From: Octopus bimaculoides
Lineage: Eukaryota
Length of the DNA: 44,852 nucleotides
Reading direction: 5' to 3'
Assembly (NCBI RefSeq): GCF_001194135.2
Contig: NC_068999.1
Location: 30,607,155 to 30,652,006 of the forward strand
The position numbers were made by a program, and so were the translations under genes. This document shows positions 21,245 through 32,846 of the stretch, in pieces. The notes beneath the pieces were generated by a model. That model ran no database searches. It had not been told where the DNA came from and saw nothing but the letters and a program-made list of their open reading frames with translations. Each line of letters opens with the position of its first letter. Positions within the stretch are counted from its first letter, which is position 1.

Positions 21245-21937
21245 TGTGGAAACTACATTTTATTTTCCTGGCTGAGATTCGAAACTGAATCTAAGAATTC
21301 TCACTCGCCCGATCCCATCCGCTATTTGCTGACCAAGCAAGGAAAATCTCTTTGTCCTGTCAAAGTGATTGATGAGTTTCCACTCGACTTCTGACCTGGC
21401 TGTGTCATGGAAAGTTCAAATGGACAGCAAGTGACCTTAATGAACATATGCTACTCTTATAATGTTATATCTATCCTTCTAGCTTGAATGGCCCAATATA
21501 AATACCAGTTCTGTAGACAGTCAGCACAGTGAGCTGAGGGAAACCAGAGAAATAGCTTCTGACCTGATAGAGCAATGAGGTAGGGAGACAACACAGCAGA
21601 AGTGATGGGTAAATGCACACACAGGCACAAAGTATGTCTTTGTACTGTCTCATCCCATCAACGTTCTCTTTCCTCCATTTTACTTAGCACATCTGTGTGT
21701 GTACACAACTTTGCCGACTCGAAGTAGTTGGCTGCATTATGTAGCAGCATATTTATTCATATTTCAAATCAAGCTTTCAGTATCCAACAAGTGAATGCAA
21801 CTACGACTAAATAAATAATGTAAGCTACATTCCTATTCTTTCTTCATTGTTTTTCCTCAATACCGGTCCAACATGCCTAACATCATCTCCTACACCTGAC
21901 AACTTATATTGATCCCTCAATATCACATTCCACTACA
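21245..21937 (+). repeat. 5' LTR (693 bp)
   Basis: TGTGGAAACTACATTTT...CACTACA; direct repeat of 26161-26782 with many substitutions and indels. Confidence 0.92.
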
Positions 21938-21939
21938 TT

Positions 21940-21952
21940 TGGTGACTCTGAC
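21940..21952 (+). promoter_or_regulatory. Primer-binding site, tRNA-Trp type
   Basis: TGGTGACTCTGAC, 2 nt after the LTR; two C>T changes from TGGTGACCCCGAC, the complement of the tRNA-Trp 3' end used by the CsRn1 clade. Confidence 0.8.
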
Positions 21953-21989
21953 AAAGAATAACAGTCTTCACTTTAAGCATCATTGCACC

Positions 21990-24900
21990 TGAACTGGAGA
22001 ATTGCTGCAATTAGTCGTCATACTACTTATGTCTCTTCCGGAACACAACACAGTGGTGAACTCATCTCCAGTCAAAATGGCATTCCAGGTAGTGATTACA
22101 TTGAAGATTCCACCATTCTGGATGCATGGTCCAGTATTGTGGTTTTATCATTGAGCTGCAGTTGTCTTCGAACCAGATTGTTAGTGATGTGCTCACCTAA
22201 TGCACATGGTCAGAATTATGAATGTGGTCCAAGATCTCATTTTGGCACCACCTGGTTCTGTGTCATATAACACATTCAAAACTACTCTCATTTTCACCAG
22301 CTCCTTATATTGGAGGAATTAGGAGACAGAAAACCATCCCAGCTTCTATGGAGAATGAAGCAGCTTCTGCGAGAACAGAATTTCCTAGAAGAAATCTTTA
22401 AGCAGCTTTTTTCTCCAGCATCACACTGGTGGTCTGGGCTTCCACCAGAGAATCCATTTCACTTGAGGAACTGGCTGAGCTTGCAGACAAAATCGCAGAG
22501 GTACCACATAAATATTCTTCCTTATCTACTGTGACTCTAGTCATTCCTTCTACCAATCCTTTCCTTTCATCATCCAGTGCTTTGGAAATTTCAGACACAA
22601 CAGGCATCACAAATACAGGCCCTGACAGTGTAAATACAGGCTCAATCATTTGGTATTCCCCATCAAAGTAGCAGCTGACCATGTCAATTTGGTAGACAGT
22701 CATGAAGCCCAAGTGCCTCCTGTTATTCACAAGAAACATATTGGTATCACCATGCATTTGGAACACAGGCACAGAAATGCATACCTCCATGTTCATTCTC
22801 AATTTTCTGTTCAGGAAATGAAACAGCCAGGAATTGAACACGACGGAAGTTCCTGCCTCTCACCCACAAAGTCACTTGTTTTTCATCCATGACCGTGCCA
22901 CAGGCACATGTTTCCTTCTTGATACCAGTGTGGAAGTCAGCATTATCCCTATCTCCAACACTAATTGCAGCAGAAAAGAAACATCGATCTGGCTTCAGGC
23001 AATCAACCAATCACCAATTTCAACTTGCAGTGAACAGCCCCTAACACTGGACTTAGGACTTCATCGAACCTTCCAGTGGGTATTTATTGTAGCTAAGCTG
23101 CTGACCCCTATTTTAGGAGTTGATTTTCTACATCATTTTGGTCTCCTAGTGGGTATCATGCATGGAAGACTTGTTGACAGCACCACTCAGCTCACTGTGC
23201 AGCATAGCTGCTTGGATGGTTGCAGTCAGCCCAATCATTTTACAGTCAACAGCAACCTGTCACAGTGCTATCCTCAAAGAATACCCTGACATCGCTTGAC
23301 CTGTATTCCACAATAAACCCATTAAACACGAAGTCACCCACCATATCAAGACCTGTGGTCCACCTGTTGCTGCACGACCCTGAAGGCTACCACCAGATCG
23401 TCTCAAGGCCATCAAAAGAGAATTCCAACACATGCTCGACATTGTGCGAGCTTATAATCAAATCCCCATAGAACCTGCTGATATTCTGAAGACTGCAGTC
23501 ATGACACCCTTTGAAATGTTCGAATTCCCACGTGTACCTTTTGGTTTATGCAATGCAGCACAGAAATTTCTACATTTTATCAATACGGTTACCAGAGGTT
23601 TGCCTTTCATCTATGTATACATACATGACTTGTGGCCAGTTGCTCAAACGAAGAACATGAACAACACCTGCACCTGCTATTCCAACGCTTGTGGGAATAT
23701 GGTATTGTCATCAACTCCAGCAAGTGCATCCCTTCATTTTCTCAGACACATCATAGATAAGATAAAGATGGCATTCACCCACCTTTGGACAAAGTTTAAG
23801 CCATTGTAAATTTTCCACCACCTACATCTCTTTGTAAACTGCAGGAATTTCTTGGCTTGGTGAACTTCTATTGAAGATTCATACCTTACTGTGCAGAGAC
23901 AGGCCAACCACTCACAGATTTGCTGTGACAGCCAACAATCAAAAATGTAAACATTGCATTGAAAAAAAGAACATGCCTCTTTCGCTGAATTGAAAGAAGT
24001 GTTATCCAAGACTACCATGTTGGTGTATCCCAAACCAGATACCCCACTGAGTGTACTGGTTGGTTGATGCATCTGATTCTGGAGATGGAGGCATGCTTCA
24101 AGAACTCACTGTGTCTTTTTTCTCTAAGAGCTTAAAACCTGCCGAGACTAAGTACAGTACTTTCGGGTGAGAATTATCGGCAGTATGTCTTGCCATCAGG
24201 AATTATCGATACTTGCTGGAAGGTCATGCTTTCTCAATCTATACTGACCAAAAACCATTGGTTTATGTATTCAGCGCCAAGCCCGATCATCATTCACCCA
24301 GGGAAGTCTGACATCTAAACTTTATATTTCAATACACGACTGACATTTACTACATTAAAGGTGCGAACAACTCTTCAGCTGATGCTCTATCATGCATGGA
24401 GCTTAATGCAATCCACACCAATGCTACTATTGGGCTGCAGCAGATTGCAGCTGATCAACAAGATGATGAAGAACTACTAAAGCTCCGGGATTTGTCATCT
24501 CTGAAATTTCAGCAATTCCTGTTACCTTCTGCTACAGGCTATATTTAGTTCGACACCTCCACCGACTATGAACGTCCATACGTGTTGCAGAAACATTGGG
24601 ATGTTTTCTCTGCATTACATTCCCTAGCACATCCTGATGCCCGCACCACACAGAAGCTGATAATGACCCATTATGTGTGAACCAACATAAACAAGGACAC
24701 CTATGAATGGGCTAGAAGCTGTGTCATGTGCCAAAAAGCAAAGATTCACTGACACATTAAATTTCCTATTGGGTCCTTTGCAACTCCTGATGCATGTTTC
24801 CAACATGTGTACATTGATATCTTTGGACCCTTACCTCCTTCTAACAACAACTCATCTGCTCCCCTATGTCGACAGATTTTCTCGCTGGCCAGAGGCTTTT

Positions 24901-25700
24901 CCACTATCAGATACTTCCACAGAAACTGTCACCAAAATGCTAGTGTTTCACTGGGTTTTGCATTTTGGCACAGCCATGATGATCACCACTGACAGAGGAT
25001 GCCAGTTTGATTCCTACCTCTTCACTGAGCTGACTCGTCTCCTCAGATGTAAGCACACCTGCACAATAGCATATCACCCCGCAGCAAATGGCATGGTCAA
25101 ACGCTTTCACCGCCAGCTTAAGGTAGCTATTAAAGCCTATCCAGACTGCTCCAACTGGTTGGAATATCTTCCACTCATCCTCCTTGGTATTCGATCCACT
25201 GTTAAGGAGGGAGTTGGACATACTCTGGCTGAACTTGTTTATGGAATGGTACTGACTTTACCCAGTCAAATGCTCATACCTGTTTCTCTATAGCATCTTC
25301 CTGATCCTTCAAAATACATCAGTCATTTGCGAACATCTATGTCTCATCTTTCACCTACAAGTCTTTGACAGCAGAATGTCGCTACAGGACATCAATAAAT
25401 GGAAATATGTTTTTGTTTGGAATGATGGTATTCCTCAGCAACTTCATCCACCTTATTCTGGACCCTACCAAGTAATTGGCAGGAAACCAAACTATTTCAT
25501 TCTGGATATAAATGGGAAATGAAATACTGTTGGCATCAATCATTTGAAAAAAAGAGATTTGTCGAACCAGATTTACCACCAGTTACCACCATTTCCCAAA
25601 TGGACTCAACAACACCAGCTTCGCCCAGCACAAACAACTTGAATTCTGCACAACCCTGGCACACCAAGTCAGGTAGAATAGTTTGATGGCCTGCAAGATA
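21990..25700 (+). pseudogene. Decayed gag-pol polyprotein of the Gypsy element
   Basis: gag VQDLILAPP..YNTFK and EELGDRKPSQLL; protease FLLDTSVEVSIIP; [25 protein letters not shown]; RNase H DASD; zinc finger HSLAHP..CVMCQ; integrase IDIFGPLP..VDRFSRWPEA..TTDRGCQF..YHPAANGMVKRFHR; GPY module PYSGPYQV; many stops and frameshifts. Confidence 0.92.
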
Positions 25701-26150
25701 TGTTTTAGTCTTTCGGGTAAGAACAAGTTCTCCAACTAGCTGTCATTTCAATTGAAATGTTCAGTTCAACAAATAAAAAAAAATTCTTTTCTTGGTTATG
25801 AACAATTGCCACACACACAACCCAAGTGACTATACATCACCCACATACAAACATAAAAAAAAAATTTATATAAACACAAAACATTTTTTCATATAATCAA
25901 CATCTTAATTGTTCTGCTAATTGAACCGACTGAACATTTAATCAACAAAATTTTTGCATGAATATTTTTATTTCTATGAAATTACATTTTCTTGCATACA
26001 CATATATTTTGCTTTGTTTTCAAAACATTTTCCTCCATATTTTTCCATTTGTTTTTGCTTCACCTGTTTTGACAAATATTCAATTGCTTGTACATACATT
26101 TTTCAACTTCATATGCATCAGCATTCAATCTCTTTGGCTCTCTCACTGGA

Positions 26151-26160
26151 TGTGGGGTAG
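26151..26160 (+). promoter_or_regulatory. Decayed polypurine tract
   Basis: TGTGGGGTAG immediately before the 3' LTR start TGTAG. Confidence 0.6.
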
Positions 26161-26782
26161 TGTAGAAACTACATTTTAATTTACTGGCTGAGATTTAAAA
26201 CTGAGTCTAAGAATTCTCACTTGCCCAATCCACCTGCTACTTGCTGACCAAGCGGGAAAGTCTCTTTATCCTGTCAAAGGGATTGATGAGTTTCCACTTG
26301 ATCTCTGATCTAGCTGTGTTACGAAAAGTTCAAATGAACATATGCTTCTCTTATAATAGTATATCCATCCTTCCAATATAAATAACAGTTCTGTAGATGG
26401 CTAGCACAATGAGACCAGAGAGATAACTACAAACCTGATAAAGCACTGAAGTAGAGAGACAGCACAGCAAAAGTGATGGGTGAATGCACACAGACACAAA
26501 GTATGTCTTTGTACTATTTTGTCCCATCAACATTCTCTTTCGTCCATTTTACCTCGCACATTTGTGTGCGTACTTGAAGTAGTTGGCTTCATTATGTTTG
26601 TTCATATTTCAAATCAAGCTTTCAGTATCCATCAAGTAAATGCAACTATGACCAAATAAATAATGTAAACTACATTCCTATTCTTTCTTCAATGTTTTTC
26701 CTCAATACTGGTCCAAAATGCCTAACATCATCTGCTACACCTGACAATTTATATTGATCCCTCAACATCACACACTGTTACA
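26161..26782 (+). repeat. 3' LTR (622 bp)
   Basis: TGTAGAAACTACATTTT...CTGTTACA followed by the ATTT TSD. Confidence 0.92.
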
Positions 26783-27169
26783 ATTTTATTGCGAATGTTA
26801 TATTTGTTATCGGCATTGCTGCTGCTACTGCTGTTGTTGTTGTTTTTCATGTTTTGGATACTTATCTTTCTTTGGAGAGGAAGATGTATCTCATAGATCC
26901 CACTACCAACATAAAAAAGCAAAACAAAACAAAACAAACAAACATTCAAATATGTATGTTTCAGCTTTAGCAAAACCATAAGTCAAGAGTTCTCTTGGAA
27001 TATTGCAATGGTTAACATTTCTTTGAAACTTCAAACTACAATCACTGCTTTAACTGTTGAAGCCATTCTCAAAAGACTTTTTATTTCAATAGATAACCTT
27101 AAACAGAATCCTTTATATTGAAGAAATTGTTATTCAAGAGGAATGGATGCTTTCTTCCCCCACCCCAAT

Positions 27170-27450
27170 GCCACTACCCACTGACTAGCTCCTGTGCTGA
27201 TGGCACATAAAACGCAATATCCAAACATGATCGATGCCAGGATTGCCTGACTGGCCTCCGTGCTGGTGGCATGTAAAAAGCACCCACTTCACTTTCGGAG
27301 TGGTTGGCATTAGGAAGGGCATCCATCTGTAGAAATAATGCCAGATCAGATAGGAGCCTGGTGCAGCTGCTGGCTGTCTAGACCCCAGTCAAACCATCCA
27401 ACCCATGCCAGCATGGAAAACGGACGTTAAATGATGATGATGATGATGAT
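27170..27450 (+). mobile_element. RTE LINE 3' end fragment
   Basis: GTAAAAAGCACCCAC..TTAGGAAGGGCATCC..CCATGCCAGCATGGAAAACGGACGTTAAAT(GAT)n. Confidence 0.88.
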
Positions 27451-27947
27451 AAGGAGTCAATTTAGATTAATATTAGCAACTAAATGGATAATTTCAATAT
27501 GACTATAGTATTGTAATGAGTAGGAAGGCAAGATATAGGGAACACTATAGGATGTTCAGTTGAAGGATGTTGGTTTAGAAATTAGATATATACATTAATA
27601 GATAAATGTGCAAGGTATAGACAGAAATAATACAGTATTAGTATAAATAGAAATAGTATACAGTTGTATTTGTACAGATAGTACAGAGAGAGATATTAGG
27701 ATAGCCAGAAATAAAACAGATGTATTAGTAGCAAGATATTTATGTATATGAGTTAGTGAAAGAAGAAGAGAAAGAAATGTGAGCCATTTCAGATCCACAA
27801 GATTGATAAAAGTCTTGACCTGAATGCTTGCAAGAGAGGGAATTCTGCTAAAGGTACCCAAAGCTCAAGTGATAGACTTTAAACTGAGGGGGCAACAGAA
27901 TGGATTTTGATAAAGACAACCAAAGCCCAAATGGTGGTGTTAAACCA

Positions 27948-29224
27948 TCAGTTTGAGTAAAAAGTGAACAACGTTTTGAAACATGAAATTCATCACAATA
28001 TATTTCAACAATGTGGAAATTTTATTCATCAAAGTAAGTACCATTACAATCAACACATTTTTGCCAATGAGCTACAAGTTTGTTCATTCCAGTAACATAA
28101 AAGTCTGGAGTTCTGGAGCTGATGAATTCTTTGAATGCACTTTCAGCATCAGTTTGATTTTTGGACTCCTTCTCTCACAGGAAACCATCAAGATCCTCAA
28201 AAAAGTGGTAGTCAGTAGGAGAAAGGTCTGGGGAATAAGCTGGGTAGGGAAGAACTTTATAGCCAAGTTCTCTCAACTTCTGGAGTTCCATTAGTGAAAT
28301 GTGTAGTCATGCATTGTCATGAAGAATGATTAGCTCCCTTCTGTTGTCCAATCTGGGACAGAGGAGTTGCAGCTTTTCATTCATTTTGGAAATTTCATGG
28401 CAATATGTTTCTGCAGTAATGGCTTATCTGGGTTTTAAGAAAGTATAGTGGATGGGTCCAGCAGTACACCACCAAACATAATCTTTTTTTGAAGAGCTTG
28501 GGTTTAGGGAAGGTTTTTGGTGCTTCATTTTGGCCCAATCACTGCAAAGAACGTTTTTTTATTATTGTATAGAATCCACTTTTCATCACTAGTTACAATA
28601 CAGTTGAGAAATGGATTGGTCTGGTTATGGAGAAGAAGTGACAAGCTAATTTCATATCTTCACATTTTCTAATTTTCATTCAAATCGTGTGGTACCTATT
28701 TGTCAAGCTTTATTGATTTTCCAATCACATGCAAAGAGTTGTAGGCAGTTTTCTAGCTAACTTGAAGTTCTTTTGCTAGTTTTCGAGTGGTTTTATGTGG
28801 ATCTTTTCCAATGATGGTCTTTAACTGACCATCATCGATGACAGATGGTCATGCACTATGCTTATAATCTTCAAGGCTCAGGTCTCAGGTCTCCACTGCG
28901 AAATCATTTAAACCATTTTCGAGCTGACCTCTCACTGGTCATTTCTGCACCAAACATTTCATTGATATCACAAGAAGTTTCAGCTGCTTTACATCTTTTT
29001 TGAAGTTGAATAGCAAAATTGCTTGAATATCGCACTTTTACAGTTCCGTTTCAGATGATTGTAACAATGGTGAAAAAAGTATCAATGTTAATTTATTGAT
29101 GCATTTGGATAAGTCTATGTCTGTATTATCAGACAATTTCAAGAAATGTTTAAGAAATATTCAAAACACTGCAAAAGTCCAGTGCAAATTCTTTATAGTT
29201 CAAAACATTGCTTACTCAACCTGC
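27948..29224 (-). mobile_element. Full-length dead mariner (DD34D) transposon, 1277 bp
   Basis: Degenerate TIRs TCAGTTTGAGTAAAAAGTGAACAACGTTTTGAA (27948) and reverse-complement GCAGGTTGAGTAAGCAATGTTTTGAA (29224) with TA at 29225-26; canonical mariner length. Confidence 0.85.
28022..29049 (-). pseudogene. Mariner transposase pseudogene
   Basis: Start mutated (ACG); CKAAETSCDINEMFG..ARKWFK*FRSGD..LED; C-terminus YSPDLSPTDYHFF..FL..RTPDFYVTGMNKLVAHWQKCVDCNGTYFDE*. Confidence 0.88.
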
Positions 29225-30670
29225 TAGATGATGGATTAAGTTTATCTCTCAAAAAAAAAGGAACGGTCCCCTCCGTGAACTTCCATTTCAGGAAATCTGC
29301 CAGTCATCTGAATACCTACCAATCACATGAATGTGCAATTCAGATAGTCTTCATAAAGGATAGGAAGCTGATTATCAATACTAAGTTCTTCCACAGTGAA
29401 GAATGTACCACTTAACATAAACAAATGAAGACTGAGCACAGAGCAAGAGCATTATGGACAGTTGGAGACACAAGACAATCTGGGTTTCTTTGGTGAAATT
29501 TTCCAAGCCAGATATCAGACGATGATGTTGACTATGGTGGTGGTGATAGTTCAACATTTGTTCAGGCCATCTCAGTGAAATGGAAAATATTTTTTTATTT
29601 AGAATAAACTAGAGTAAAGTAGTAACAGTCATTAATAAATGGTGGCACAAAGAGTGGATGTGATTGGCTACTGGGAAAGGAAGTGATGCATGATGATCAG
29701 GGATAACAGATGATGTGGTTATAAGAGACTTAACAGAAATATAATAGTACTCTAGCATTGAAAATTGAAGAGGATATGTAAGAATGCTAATAAAATGCAT
29801 ATTTTATTAGACGAAGTTGGTTTATAAGAGACCACAGAGGAATTGCTAATATTGAGCTTGAAGAAATGTTATCATTTCATAATAAGGAAAATCATATTGA
29901 TTAAGATACCTTACTGAGCAGGCAATGAGAATATGTTTTGACAATGACATGATCAAAATCAATAGTTAGAATCAAATTAATTGTATGAAATCAATACAGG
30001 AGAAAGAAGAACAATAAAAAGAGTGTTAGATATTTAATTCAGTATCATTACCCCAGAAAGCTATTGATCTGTTAGTGAAATATAGAATGTTATTGCAGGA
30101 ATACATTTTGTACAGAAGGCAAGTGTGTGCTTGTCATTGTTATAGCAAATAAATAGAGTAAAAAATAAATTTAGTATTGTAATCATTGATCATATACGTT
30201 CATATATTGACTATATCAAATATAGAGCCATTATATAAAACCTCAATCATGCATGTTAACTGTATTTATCTAATGTGCATATACACATGTGTGTGAGTAT
30301 GTTTGTGTGATCTTGCCTTTTATATAGTTCTTACACTTGGCTGAGAGCAACACACTAAATAAATGCATATATACATGGACATGCGTGTGTGTGTGTGTGT
30401 GTGTGTGTGTGGTGTATGTGTGTGTATGTGTGTGTGTGTGTGTGGTGTATGTGTGTGTGTGGTGTGTTTGTGTGTGTGTGTGTGTGTTAAAAATATGTAT
30501 TGTTTATATATTTACAGAGATGCAGCATGGATATATTCTGATGGGCTCCAGCATGACATTCCTGTAAAAACTGCAATTAATTGTCAACGATAATGTCTTC
30601 ATATATGAACAGATAACACTGAAGTCACTTTTATTGTGTGTGTGTGCGTGTGTGTGCGTGTGCGTGCGTG

Positions 30671-30713
<43 letters not shown>

Positions 30714-30904
30714 GTGAACTGTAAAAGTCAGCCGTAATACATTAACAGAACCATCTATTAATAGATATATCATGGCAGTTTACATGTATTTTACATTTGT
30801 CTAAAATCTTGCCAGCTGCATAGATATGTGTGAAGTCTTAACAATTTCTCAAATCACAAATTGATGAAGTCATTAGAGCTTCATTAGAGCTTTCAGTATA
30901 ATGC

Positions 30905-31000
30905 TTTAGAGAATTTGTTCTAGTTCTCTAAACTTTGAATTCAATTCCTGCCAAGGTTAACTTATTTCCATCTTTTCATGGTTGATTCATGAAGTATTTC
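30905..31000 (+). mobile_element. Fragment of the second SINE-like family
   Basis: TTGAATTCAATTCCTGCCAAGGTTAACTTATTTCCATC..TGGTTGATTCATGAAGTA resembles the reverse complement of 16130-16200. Confidence 0.4.
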
Positions 31001-31277
31001 TTCAGGTTGACAGATTAGTGGAATTGTTAGAGTATTGAATGAGGTATCTTCTGGTTGTGCTCTGATGGCAATACCTGCAATGATATTGGTTCCTTTGCCT
31101 TTCTTTTCAACAATACCAATGGTGCGGAGAGGGGAAGCTTGCATGTATAGGCAAATGTTTGCCTTTGTAAAAACTTCACCTGGCCTGAGTCTTCGAGGCC
31201 AGGATGAAGTTTCTGCATATCTTGTGAGGCTATGGATCAGCACTTCTTAGGTGCAGATGCATAGTCTGATATATATA

Positions 31278-32122
31278 CAGGGTGCGATGAGTAAATTGTT
31301 GCCACTTTATAGTTTTAATTTTGCACATATGCATTGATTTTGTCAACTACACAGTGTAGTAGAGTCAGTTGGGGACCATCTATGAGAAAAACAGCACCAT
31401 GACACAATTCACTCTGTCAGAAATTAAGAAATGATATGCTGTACTGCTTGGCATTCATGCTGAAAGCTCCAGTATGAACATTTCAGAATGTTTGGGTGTC
31501 AATCTGAGGACATTTACCAAAAGTGATAAAAATCAAACATCCAGTCAACATCATGGTGTTTGGAGTGATCACTAGTGATGGCAACATTATATTTCCATTC
31601 TTCTTCCCACACAGCCCCAAACTCAACATGGAGGCCTACATCAAGTGTCTGGAGGAGGTAGTGCTGCCCTGGGTCAAGAGGGTGGCTGCTGGAAAACCCT
31701 ACGTCTGGCAACAGGACTCTGCACCATGCCATGCAAGCAAGAGGACCCAGTCATGGCTGTCAGACAATTTCTGCGACCACACCACCCCTAATATCTGGCC
31801 ACCTAACTCCTCAGATTGCAACTCCTTGATTATTATGTGTGGGGTGCAGTTGAGTGAGAGATCAGCAAAAACTCCTTGTAACACCAAAGATGAAGTGAAG
31901 GCAAGGATTATGGTAGCATTCATCAACTTAAACAAGGAGACTGTCCAGAAGAGTTACAGGAGATTCTGAAGTCATTTGGAGGCCATGGCTGAAGCCAATG
32001 GCAATTTTATTGAATAAATTTCAGGATATTTTTATGTGATTTTGGTAAATACATCTGTTAACATGAGATGTCAGTGTTGTTTTCATTTTTGATTAATTTA
32101 GACGACAGTTTATTCACCTTAT
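31278..32122 (+). mobile_element. Internally deleted DD37D (maT/Bmmar1-like) Tc1/mariner element
   Basis: TA|CAGGGTG left TIR; ORF ..KHPVNIMVFGVITSDG..YVWQQDSAPCH..WPPNSSDCNSL(D)YYVWG with 37 residues between the last two Asp after correcting a 1-bp deletion; N-terminus deleted; right TIR degenerate near 32100-32122. Confidence 0.8.
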
Positions 32123-32258
32123 TAATTACTTTATATTCTGATAATCATCAATTGATAAATTACAACTTTTATATATACTCACTTAAAAATATTTATCATT
32201 ACCTTAACACCTTCAATGTTATGCTCTTTTATTTAAGCTATTTATATATATAGATATA

Positions 32259-32740
32259 CAGTAATCTTTTGACTATTGCAGGTGTTACATTCCAAACCCC
32301 ACCCCAACGATAGGTGAAAATCCACGAAGTAGAAATAGTACTGTACTGTATATATTTTTTTAATTATTTTTATAATTTGTATATATCTATTTTATTATAA
32401 ATGCAAAACAACACCACACACTCGCCTCTCATTTTCTATACAGTGTGTGTGATTCTTTGCTTACTCATCTACGTTACACAACATATTTTCTTTTAATACA
32501 TTTTAATTAATGTGTTATACAGTGCAGTACTGTACTGCATTTGTATTTATTAATTTTTAGGTGTGAAAATGCTTTTACCACAGAAATAATTAAAATCTAA
32601 AAAGATATAAATACCTATTGGCCACAGAGACCCGCGATATACTGAAGAGTTCATGATATAAATTTACAAATATTAGCCAGAAAATTCCGTGATGTACTGA
32701 GGGTACGATAGGCAAATTGCAATATGGTAAGTGATTACTG
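32259..32740. mobile_element. Tigger/pogo-like MITE
   Basis: TA|CAGTAATC left end and GTGATTACTG|TA right end; subterminal CGATAGGTGAAAATCC and CGCGATATACTGA motifs; no ORF. Confidence 0.7.
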
Positions 32741-32789
32741 TACTGAGGTCACGTGATTACTGTATATATATATATATGGCAAGTGATTA

Positions 32790-32846
<57 letters not shown>

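Larger units (their letters stand above)
21245..26782 (+). mobile_element. Full-length fossil Gypsy/Ty3 LTR retrotransposon, CsRn1-like clade (5538 bp)
   Basis: Two TG..CA LTRs, ATTT target-site duplication (21241-21244 and 26783-26786), PBS, PPT, and gag-PR-RT-RH-IN order. Confidence 0.93.
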
